DNA of 32,000 bases from Haloferax volcanii DS2 (GTDB lineage: Archaea; Halobacteriota; Halobacteria; Halobacteriales; Haloferacaceae): contig NC_013967.1 in assembly GCF_000025685.1 (NCBI RefSeq), forward strand, positions 990,001-1,022,000. The letters are read 5' to 3'. The notes beneath the pieces are model-generated. The model was not told the origin of the DNA and ran no database searches. It saw only the letters and a list, made by a program, of their open reading frames with translations. Positions 24,484-31,658 of the stretch are shown here, one piece after another. Positions within the stretch are counted from its first letter, which is position 1, and the number at the start of each line of letters is the position of its first letter. The position numbers and the translations under genes are program-made.

Positions 24484-25578
24484 ATGAGCGTTCGAACGCG
24501 GGCGACCACGTGGTCGCTCGGCCTCGCCGGGCTCCTGTTTTTCGTCGTCGTCGTGAGCGCCGGTATCGGGGCCGTGACCATCCCGCCGCGGACCGTCGCC
24601 GCCATCCTCGCGGACGCGATGTCCGTCCCCGTCGGCGTCTCGCTCGGCGGCGCGACGGTCCTCCCCGTCGTCGGGTCGGTTCCGACGCCGACGCTGGAGT
24701 TCGTCTCGCCGTTCGAGTTCGCCGTCCCCAGACCCGCCCGCATCATCGTGCTCTCGGTCCGCCTGCCTCGCATCCTCCTCGCGGCGCTCGTCGGCTTCGC
24801 GCTCGCGGCGGCGGGAACCGTGATGCAGGGCTTTTTCCGCAATCCGATGGCCGACCCCTCTATCGTCGGCGTCTCCTCCGGGGCCGCCGTCGGCGCGGTG
24901 GCGACTATCGTGCTGTCGCTTTCGATTCCGTTCGGGCTGGAGGGCGCGGCCTTCGTCAGCGCCGTCGTCACCGCGTTCGTCGTCTACCTGCTCGCCAGCG
25001 AGGACGGCCGAACCCCGGTCGCGACCCTGCTTCTCGCGGGCGTCGCCATCCAGACGTTTCTCGGCGCGATTATCTCGTTTCTCCTCCTCCAGAGCGGCGA
25101 AAGCCTCCGGCAGGTCGTCTTCTGGCTCATGGGCCACCTCGCGGGCGCGACGTGGAGCGAGGTCGGGATGCTCTCCCTCGTCCTGCCGCTCCCGTTTCTC
25201 CTCCTCGTCGTCCACGCCCGCGACCTGAACGTCCTGCTGCTCGGCGAGGAGGACGCCCACGCCCTCGGCATCGAAGTCGAGCGGACGAAACAGCTGCTTC
25301 TCGCCACCGCGAGCGTCGTCACCGCCGCGGCCGTCTCGGTCTCCGGCGTCATCGGCTTCGTCGGCCTCGTCGTCCCCCACATGCTTCGGCTCCTCGTCGG
25401 TCCCGACCACCGGGTGTTGCTCCCGGCGTCGGCGCTGGCCGGCGCGTCGTTCCTCGTCGCCACCGACACCGTCGCCCGCTCCGGCGGCGCGGAGATTCCG
25501 GTCGGCGTCGTCACCGCCGCCGTGGGCGCGCCCTTCTTCCTCTACCTGCTCCGCACGCGGGAGGTGCGCTCGCCGTGA
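24484..25578 (+). CDS. ABC importer permease (FecCD/BtuC family)
   Basis: In-frame ATG at 24484 inside track ORF 23263..25578 (MSVRTRATTWSLGLAGLLFFVVVV...). It has about 9-10 hydrophobic helices and the FecCD-type C-terminus IPVGVVTAAVGAPFFLYLL. Confidence 0.88.
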   Translation: MSVRTRATTWSLGLAGLLFFVVVVSAGIGAVTIPPRTVAAILADAMSVPVGVSLGGATVLPVVGSVPTPTLEFVSPFEFAVPRPARIIVLSVRLPRILLAALVGFALAAAGTVMQGFFRNPMADPSIVGVSSGAAVGAVATIVLSLSIPFGLEGAAFVSAVVTAFVVYLLASEDGRTPVATLLLAGVAIQTFLGAIISFLLLQSGESLRQVVFWLMGHLAGATWSEVGMLSLVLPLPFLLLVVHARDLNVLLLGEEDAHALGIEVERTKQLLLATASVVTAAAVSVSGVIGFVGLVVPHMLRLLVGPDHRVLLPASALAGASFLVATDTVARSGGAEIPVGVVTAAVGAPFFLYLLRTREVRSP

Positions 25579-27005
25579 GCGATTCCGACTCTAACTCCGA
25601 CTCCGGGTCCGGCCCCTTCAGCGACGCCGACCCGGCGATTCGGCTCGACGGCGTCTCGCTCTCGCTCGGAAACACCCGGATTCTCGACTCCGTCTCGGTC
25701 GACGTGGGCGAAGGAACCTTCGTCGGACTCATCGGCCCCAACGGCGCGGGGAAGACGACGTTGCTTCGGACGCTCAACGGCGCGCTCGCGCCCGACGAGG
25801 GCGCGGTCCGCGTCGTCGGGGAGGATGTCCACGCCCTGTCGTCGAAGGCGACGAGCAGGCTCGTGGCGACGGTCCCGCAGACCACGAGCGTCACCTTCGA
25901 CTTCCCCGTCCGCGAGGTCGTCAGGATGGGCCGCACGCCCCACCGCGGGCGCTTCGAGGGCTGGCGCGAGCGCGACGACGAGGCCGTCGAGTCAGCCATG
26001 CGCCGGACCGCGGTCGAGTCGCTCGCCGACCGACCCGTCACGGAAGTCAGCGGCGGCGAGCGCCAGCGCGTCCTCATCGCTCGCGCGCTTGCACAGGAGA
26101 CGCCCGTCCTGCTCCTCGACGAACCGACCGCCAGCCTCGACATCAACCACCAAGTGCGCACGCTCGAACTCGTCTCCGACCTCGTCGCCGACGGGACGAC
26201 CGCGGTCGCGGCCATCCACGACCTCAACCTCGCGGCCCACTACTGCGACGCGCTCGTGCTCCTGTCGGGCGGGCGCGTCCTCTCGGCGGGCGACCCCGAG
26301 ACGGTGCTCACCGAGGGGAACTTACGCGAGGCGTTCGACGCCGAGGCGGTCGTCTCGCGGCATCCCGTCACCGGTTCGGTGTACGTGACCGCCCTCCCGC
26401 CGTCGTCGGACGACGCCAACGGCCGGGTCCACGTCGTCGGCGGGGGCGGCACCGGCGCGCGGGCGCTCCACCTGCTGTCGGCGGCCGGCTACGCGCTGTC
26501 CGCCGGCGCGCTCAACGAGGGCGACACCGACGCCGAGGCGGCCCGCCGGGTCGCCGCGGACCTCGTGACCGTGCCGCCGTACTCGCCGGTCGACGACGCG
26601 GCGCGGGCCGCGGTCGAATCCCGAGTCGACGCCGCCGACGTGACCGTCGTCGCCGACGTGGAGGTCGGAGACGGGAACCTCGCCAACCTCGACGCGGCGG
26701 CCGAGGCCGACCGGCTCGTCCTCGTCGAACAGCGACCGTTCTCGGAGCGGAACTACGCCGGCGACGACGGCTTCGCAGTCTACGAGCGCCTGCGGGAGCG
26801 CGGCCGCGTCGTCGAACCGGGCGACCTCCTGTCGGCCGTTGGTGAACTCGCCTGCGACGCGTTCGCAGCGCGCGACGACGGCGCGACCGGCGACGCCGAC
26901 CGCGAGACGGGAGCGACCGCCGACGAGTCCGGCGCGACCGACACCGAATCAACCGACGCCGACGCTGTCAGCGACGACAGAGTGTCGGACTTATTTTCCA
27001 GTTAA
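25575..27005 (+). CDS. ABC importer ATPase (BtuD/FepC-like) with a ~205-aa C-terminal extension
   Basis: GTG start in a GTGA overlap with the permease stop. Motifs: Walker A GPNGAGKTT, signature SGGERQR, Walker B VLLLDEPT, H-loop AIHD. The extension after ~residue 270 is unassigned (VHVVGGGGTGARALHLL...) and ends in an acidic tail. Confidence 0.88.
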   Translation: MSDSDSNSDSGSGPFSDADPAIRLDGVSLSLGNTRILDSVSVDVGEGTFVGLIGPNGAGKTTLLRTLNGALAPDEGAVRVVGEDVHALSSKATSRLVATVPQTTSVTFDFPVREVVRMGRTPHRGRFEGWRERDDEAVESAMRRTAVESLADRPVTEVSGGERQRVLIARALAQETPVLLLDEPTASLDINHQVRTLELVSDLVADGTTAVAAIHDLNLAAHYCDALVLLSGGRVLSAGDPETVLTEGNLREAFDAEAVVSRHPVTGSVYVTALPPSSDDANGRVHVVGGGGTGARALHLLSAAGYALSAGALNEGDTDAEAARRVAADLVTVPPYSPVDDAARAAVESRVDAADVTVVADVEVGDGNLANLDAAAEADRLVLVEQRPFSERNYAGDDGFAVYERLRERGRVVEPGDLLSAVGELACDAFAARDDGATGDADRETGATADESGATDTESTDADAVSDDRVSDLFSS

Positions 27006-27089
27006 ACTGTCGTTGCACAGCCCTACCCACAGCATATTCAATATCTGAGCGCGCGTCTAGTCGGTCGGATTTCTGAGAGGAAGACGGAC

Positions 27090-28259
27090 ATGAAACTCGC
27101 ACTCATCGGTATCGGACAGGCAGGCGGCAAAGTCGTCGACGCCCTCGTCGACTACGAGCGACGGACGAAGACGGGGTTCGTCGTCGACGCAATCGCGGTC
27201 AACTCGGCCCGCGCGGACCTTCGGGGACTCCGAACCGCCCCCGAGTCGCGGCAGGTGCTCGTCGGCCTGACGCGCGTGAAGGGCCACGGCGTCGGCGCGG
27301 ACAACGAACTCGGCGCGGAAGTCATCGCGGAGGACGTCGGCGAGGTGCTCTCGATGATTGACGACCTCCCGGTCCACGAGATAGACGCCTTTCTCGTCGT
27401 CGCCGGTCTCGGCGGCGGCACCGGCTCGGGCGGCGCGCCCGTCATCGCGCGGGAACTGAAGCACATCTACACCGAACCCGTCTACGGGCTCGGCATCCTC
27501 CCCGCGCGGGACGAAGGCGGCATCTACACGCTCAACGCCGCGCGCTCCTTCCAGACGTTCGTCCGCGAGGTCGACAACCTCATCGTGTTCGACAACGACG
27601 CCTGGCGGAAGACCGGCGAGTCGCTCGAAGCCGGCTACGGCAGTCTCAACGCCGAACTCGCCCGCCGGCTCGGCGTGCTGTTCAGCGCCGGCGAGGGCGA
27701 CGGCTCCGGCGCGGTGGCGGAGTCCGTCGTGGACGCCTCCGAGATAATCAACACGCTCGGGAGCGGCGGCGTCTCGACTATCGGCTACGCCGCCGTCGAA
27801 CTCGACCGCCCGAAGCGCGGCCTCCTGTCTCGGCTCTCCGGCGGGAAGGCCGAGGCCGACGACGGCGGCGATTCGACGAACCGAATCACCAGCCTCGTGC
27901 GCCGCGCCGCGCTCGGGCGGCTCACGCTGCCCTGCGAGATTTCCGGCGCGGAACGCGGCCTCGTCGTCGTCGCCGGCCCGTCGGACGTGCTGTCGCGCCG
28001 CGGCATCGAGCGCGCGCGGACGTGGCTCGAAGACGAGACCGGGACGATGGAGATTCGCGGCGGCGACTACCCCATCGACTCGAACTTCGTCGCCGCGGTC
28101 GTGCTCCTGTCGGGCGTCTACGACGTGCCGCGGGTCAAGGAGTTACAGGCGGTCGCCATCGAGACCCAACGCGATATGCTCGCCAAGCGCGAGTCGAGCG
28201 CGGCGTCGCTCGACGACCTCGTCTCGACCGGCGACGACCGCATCGAACCGCTGTTCTGA
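27090..28259 (+). CDS. cetZ: CetZ-family tubulin/FtsZ-superfamily GTPase
   Basis: 389 aa. Motifs: MKLALIGIGQAGGKVVDAL, the tubulin signature GLGGGTGSGGAPV, and YGLGILPARDEGGIYTLNAARSF. It closely resembles the CetZ1 sequence as I recall it. Confidence 0.85.
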   Translation: MKLALIGIGQAGGKVVDALVDYERRTKTGFVVDAIAVNSARADLRGLRTAPESRQVLVGLTRVKGHGVGADNELGAEVIAEDVGEVLSMIDDLPVHEIDAFLVVAGLGGGTGSGGAPVIARELKHIYTEPVYGLGILPARDEGGIYTLNAARSFQTFVREVDNLIVFDNDAWRKTGESLEAGYGSLNAELARRLGVLFSAGEGDGSGAVAESVVDASEIINTLGSGGVSTIGYAAVELDRPKRGLLSRLSGGKAEADDGGDSTNRITSLVRRAALGRLTLPCEISGAERGLVVVAGPSDVLSRRGIERARTWLEDETGTMEIRGGDYPIDSNFVAAVVLLSGVYDVPRVKELQAVAIETQRDMLAKRESSAASLDDLVSTGDDRIEPLF

Positions 28260-28345
28260 CCGTCTTCGTCCGGGTTCTCTCACCGGCACCGCTCACCCTC
28301 GACCGCGGGGAAGGGTCATAGTGCCGCGGTACCAACTGACGAACG

Positions 28346-29044
28346 ATGGCCGAGTACCCGCTGAAACAACGCTTCGTGCTCGACACCTCGCTGTTTCTCT
28401 CCGAGGAGATTCGAGACGACGACGAGACGTTCGAGGAGGGCATCGAACGGCTCCTCGACACCATCGCCGCCGCGCGACTGGACCTGAACATCTCGTGTTA
28501 CATGCCGCCGTCTATCGCCGCGGAGTTGGAACACATCCTCCGCGAGCGCGGCGTCTCGGAGGACGTGCTCGGCAAACTCGACACGTGGGTCATCAAGAAA
28601 CACCCCGACCGCTACGAGGTGTACATCCCCGCCGAAGTCGTCTACCGCTTCATCGACGAGATGTCCGACCGGGTCAACCGCGGCCTCCGCGTCTCCGAGA
28701 AGGCCGTCCGTAAGGCCGAGGAGTCGAAACAGCTCTCCAACGGCGGGTCGAAGCTCTCCGACGTTGACAAGGTCATCTCCGACCTCCGCGAGGACTACCG
28801 CGGCGCGCTCAGACAGGGGGTTCTCGACTCTCGGGAGGACTTCGACCTCCTCATCCTCGCGCGCGAACTGAACGCCGGCGTCGTCACCGAAGACACCGGC
28901 ATCATCAGTTGGGCCGCCGACTTCGGCCTGCGGAACCTCCGCGGGCGGGCGTTTCCGACCCTCTTAGAAGAGTACCTCGTGGCGCTCGACAGCCCGCGCC
29001 CGTGGACCAGGGGCGACGACGGCGTCGACCCCGACCGATTGTAA
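28346..29044 (+). CDS. RNA-ligase-partner (Rlp, MJ_0950 family) PIN-domain protein
   Basis: 232 aa. The N-terminus [11 protein letters not shown] and the later [22 protein letters not shown] supply the PIN acidic residues. Length and layout match Rlp. Confidence 0.7.
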
Positions 29045-29070
29045 CCCTCCGGTCGCTCTTACCCCGACGC

Positions 29071-29271
29071 CTACTCCATCGCATCGAGGTCGACGAAGCT
29101 CCCATCGAACGCCGAAATCCACCGCGTCAGTTGGGTCTCGGGCGTCGCATCGGCCGGGTAAATCGTGCACTCCTCGCGCCCGTCGGGATGGGTGGTCAGC
29201 CGAGACGCGAGCCGCGGGCGAGTGTGGTTTTCGTTCCCCGAATCCGGCGGGTGTACCGGCTTCGAGCCCAT
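29071..29271 (-). CDS. 66-aa conserved-looking haloarchaeal small protein, function unknown
   Basis: Internal ATG of track ORF 29071..29529: MGSKPVHPPDSGNENHTRPRLASRLTTHPDGREECTIYPADATPETQLTRWISAFDGSFVDLDAME*. The start overlaps the upstream wHTH stop (TGATG). Confidence 0.6.
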   Translation of the reverse strand: MGSKPVHPPDSGNENHTRPRLASRLTTHPDGREECTIYPADATPETQLTRWISAFDGSFVDLDAME

Positions 29272-29624
29272 CAGCGGTCCCCGCCGAGGGCGACTTCGAG
29301 TCCCCGGTCGTCGTTCAGCGAGACCGTGACCGACTCGACGTTCGACCGGTACTGGTGGGTGTGCGTCCCGTTCGCCCGCAGTTGGAGCTTCTCGTCGAGC
29401 AACGCCGCCTCCGAGAGCTGTTCGACCTTCCGGTAGGTCGTCGACAGCGGCACGTCGCACGCCTCCGAGAGGTCCTGTGCGGTCATCGGCTCGGTCGCGC
29501 CTTGCAGGGTCGTGAGAATCTGCCGACACGCGCGGTCCGAGAGCGCTTCCAGCACCTGTTCCGCCTCCAACTCGGCGGGCTTCGGTCCGGTCGGCGTGCG
29601 TCTGAGGCCGGTCTGCATGCTCAC
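29271..29624 (-). CDS. ArsR-like winged helix-turn-helix transcription regulator
   Basis: 117 aa. EALSDRACRQILTTLQGATEPMTAQDLSEACDVPLSTTYRKVEQLSEAALL is a typical ArsR/SmtB-type HTH plus wing. Confidence 0.8.
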   Translation of the reverse strand: MSMQTGLRRTPTGPKPAELEAEQVLEALSDRACRQILTTLQGATEPMTAQDLSEACDVPLSTTYRKVEQLSEAALLDEKLQLRANGTHTHQYRSNVESVTVSLNDDRGLEVALGGDR

Positions 29625-29768
29625 TCGTACGTTCGGCCGCGTCGTCCGTCGAAGAGCACCCCGAATATGCGGGGCGCTTTATACACCCCGTGACCCGCCG
29701 TGGTCCGCGCGACGGCAGTCGGCGGGTGGAAACGAACCACGATATAAAGGCCCGGTGTATCGGGGGTG

Positions 29769-29776
29769 TTTATATC
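29769..29776 (+). promoter_or_regulatory. TATA box TTTATATC for the HTH_10 regulator gene
   Basis: Centred 30.5 nt upstream of the ATG at 29803 and preceded by a purine-rich BRE-like CGGGGGTG. Confidence 0.5.
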
Positions 29777-29802
29777 AGGGGCTGGAGAGACTGCATACTC
29801 TT

Positions 29803-30444
29803 ATGACGAGCGCAGCGGGCATCAGAGCGGAGTTGAAAGTGACGGGGCCGGACGGCTGTCCGGTCGCGACCGTCTCCGAGGGCGACACCTCGGGCTACGC
29901 GCTCTCGCGGAGCATGGCTCCCAACGAGCGCGGGTCGGTCGTCGAGGAGTTCGTCTTCGACGACGACGCCGAGGTCCCGGAGGAGATGGAGGAGTTGTTC
30001 GAGTACGGCGACGGGAGCGTCTACCGGTTCGACCGCGAGGGCGGCATCGGCTGTCCCTGCGAGCGCGTCGAGGCGTTCGACTGCCCGGTCGTGGACGTGC
30101 AGACGCGCGACGGCGCGCTGTTTCTGACGTTCCACGCGCCGGACGTGGAGACGCTCCGCGACGTGGTCGCCGCCCTCCGAGAGTCGTCGGGGTCGGTGGA
30201 CGTGCGCCGGCTGCTCCAGTCGTCGACCGACGAGTCGCGGGACCTCGTGTTGGTCGAGCGCGGCCAGCTCACCGACCGCCAGCGCGAGGTGCTGGAGACG
30301 GCCCACGAGATGGGCTACTTCGACCACCCGCGGCGCGCGAACAAAGGCGAGGTCGCGGCCGAACTCGGCATCACGACCTCGACGTTCTCCGAGCACCTCG
30401 CCATGGCGCAGAAGAAGCTCATGGGTGCCATTCTCCAGGAGTGA
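29803..30444 (+). CDS. HTH_10 (bacterio-opsin activator-type) transcription regulator with a Cys-rich N-terminal domain
   Basis: In-frame ATG at 29803 inside track ORF 29512..30444. The C-terminus LTDRQREVLETAHEMGYFDHPRRANKGEVAAELGITTSTFSEHLAMAQKKL is the HTH_10 signature. The N-terminal domain carries four Cys (GCPVATV, GCPCERVEAFDCP). Confidence 0.85.
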   Translation: MTSAAGIRAELKVTGPDGCPVATVSEGDTSGYALSRSMAPNERGSVVEEFVFDDDAEVPEEMEELFEYGDGSVYRFDREGGIGCPCERVEAFDCPVVDVQTRDGALFLTFHAPDVETLRDVVAALRESSGSVDVRRLLQSSTDESRDLVLVERGQLTDRQREVLETAHEMGYFDHPRRANKGEVAAELGITTSTFSEHLAMAQKKLMGAILQE

Positions 30445-30538
30445 CGAGATGAGACGTGTCGCCGGGGTATCAGTCCCCCGTGAATGCAGGGTGCGCCACC
30501 TCGGGGCCCCGCGGCGTACCACTAGCCGGTGAGCAACG

Positions 30539-30673
30539 ATGCGCGAGTTCGACGTGACCTGTCCCGAGTGCGGCGAGCGCTACCGGGTCAACGAGCCGAT
30601 GATGCGGACGCTCCGGGAGACCGGCTGCGTCCTCTGTACCGCGCCGCTGAACGACGCCGCGAAGTCAGCGTGA
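30539..30673 (+). CDS. 44-aa zinc-ribbon micro-protein (CPxCG type; below the ORF-track cutoff)
   Basis: My translation is MREFDVTCPECGERYRVNEPMMRTLRETGCVLCTAPLNDAAKSA*. It has two Cys pairs (CPEC, CVLC), an in-frame TGA just upstream of the ATG, and a G/C third-position bias. Confidence 0.55.
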   Translation: MREFDVTCPECGERYRVNEPMMRTLRETGCVLCTAPLNDAAKSA

Positions 30674-30706
30674 CGCCGACGCCGCGCTCGCCGCGGCCGC
30701 TTACGC

Positions 30707-31228
30707 TTACTCGACGACGACGACGCCGACCATGCCGAGCGTCTCGTGGGGGACGCAGACGTACTTGTACTCGCCGGACTCCTCGAACGTGTACTCGAAG
30801 GTGTGGCCCTCGGAGACGGTGAGTTCCGACTCGAACAGGCCGTCTTCGCGGTTGACGACGTTGTGCGTCCCGCCGTTTCCGGTCCACTCCCAGACGACCG
30901 TCGTTCCCGGCGAGACCTGCACCGCGGCGGGGGCGAACGCGTAGCCGCCGCCGTTGCCTGCCGCGCCGACCGCGACCGTCACGCTGTCCTGTCCCGTCAG
31001 GTCGTGGACGCCGTCGTAGTTTTGCGTCCGGTCGAACCAGCCGCCGAAGTCCCGCATCTCGTGGTCGGCCGTGTCGTCCCCGCCGGACGTGTCGCCGCCG
31101 GCTCCGTCGCCGTCGCCCGCGCCGCCGGAGCCGTCGCCGGACGAACTCGAACAGCCCGCAAGCAGCGCGATACCAGTCGAAGCCGCCGTTGCGTGGAGAA
31201 ACGACCGCCGGGAAACCCGTTGCGTCAT
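30707..31228 (-). CDS. halocyanin (type-1 blue copper protein), Tat-lipoprotein
   Basis: 173 aa. It has a twin-arginine signal (SRRSFL) with the lipobox LLAGC, a Gly/Asp/Ser linker, and cupredoxin ligands (THNVV ... YVCVPHETLGM). Confidence 0.9.
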   Translation of the reverse strand: MTQRVSRRSFLHATAASTGIALLAGCSSSSGDGSGGAGDGDGAGGDTSGGDDTADHEMRDFGGWFDRTQNYDGVHDLTGQDSVTVAVGAAGNGGGYAFAPAAVQVSPGTTVVWEWTGNGGTHNVVNREDGLFESELTVSEGHTFEYTFEESGEYKYVCVPHETLGMVGVVVVE

Positions 31229-31328
31229 TAGCTGGCTCTAGTGAGCGGCCGAACAAGTCGAAAGCTTCGATTCCCACGCGCTGAAAACGGGCGAAACGAG
31301 CGTGACCGTCCCGCCCGAAGGCGACGGC

Positions 31329-31658
31329 ATGGACGACGACGACCCGAGGCGACGACCGCGAATCGACGGCAGCCGCCAGTGGGAAGTGTTCTACCGCGAC
31401 GTGCCGACCGAGCCGATGCGCCACGTCGGCAGCGTGAGCGCGCCCTCCGAGGACCTCGCGACCGAGCAGGCGCGGACGCTGTTCGGCGGCGGCGACGCGG
31501 ACCTCTGGCTCGCGCCGGCCGACGAGTTCCTCCGACTCGGCGGGAACGACCTCGCCGCGAAGGGCGAGGAGTCGACCGACGGGACGGAACACGGCGGGAT
31601 GGAGCACGACGGTGCGGGGGACGCCCGCGGTGCCGAAAACGGGGTGTCCGCCGAGTGA
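31329..31658 (+). CDS. small acidic PaaB-fold protein, radical-SAM-partnered (haloarchaeal family, function unknown)
   Basis: Track ORF 31302..31658 with a GTG start; I prefer the ATG at 31329 (MDDDDPRRRP...). The core QWEVFYRDVPTEPMRHVGSVSAPSEDLATEQARTLF...DLWLAPADEF resembles the PaaB consensus. The C-terminal tail is rich in Gly/Glu/Asp/His. The stop overlaps the next gene's GTG (GTGA). Confidence 0.75.
   Translation: MDDDDPRRRPRIDGSRQWEVFYRDVPTEPMRHVGSVSAPSEDLATEQARTLFGGGDADLWLAPADEFLRLGGNDLAAKGEESTDGTEHGGMEHDGAGDARGAENGVSAE

Noticed and set aside
31302-31328. GTG at 31302 as the start of the PaaB-like protein
   Set aside because: It is possible, but the ATG at 31329 gives a more typical acidic haloarchaeal N-terminus (MDDDDP…). 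It is unresolved without TSS or N-terminal proteomics, and the difference is only 9 codons.
31329-31658. Calling the small rSAM-adjacent protein a RiPP precursor outright
   Set aside because: At ~110 aa with a PaaB-like globular core it is atypical for a leader-core precursor, and the rSAM looks NirJ/AhbD-like. I kept it as one hypothesis in the findings rather than as a feature call.
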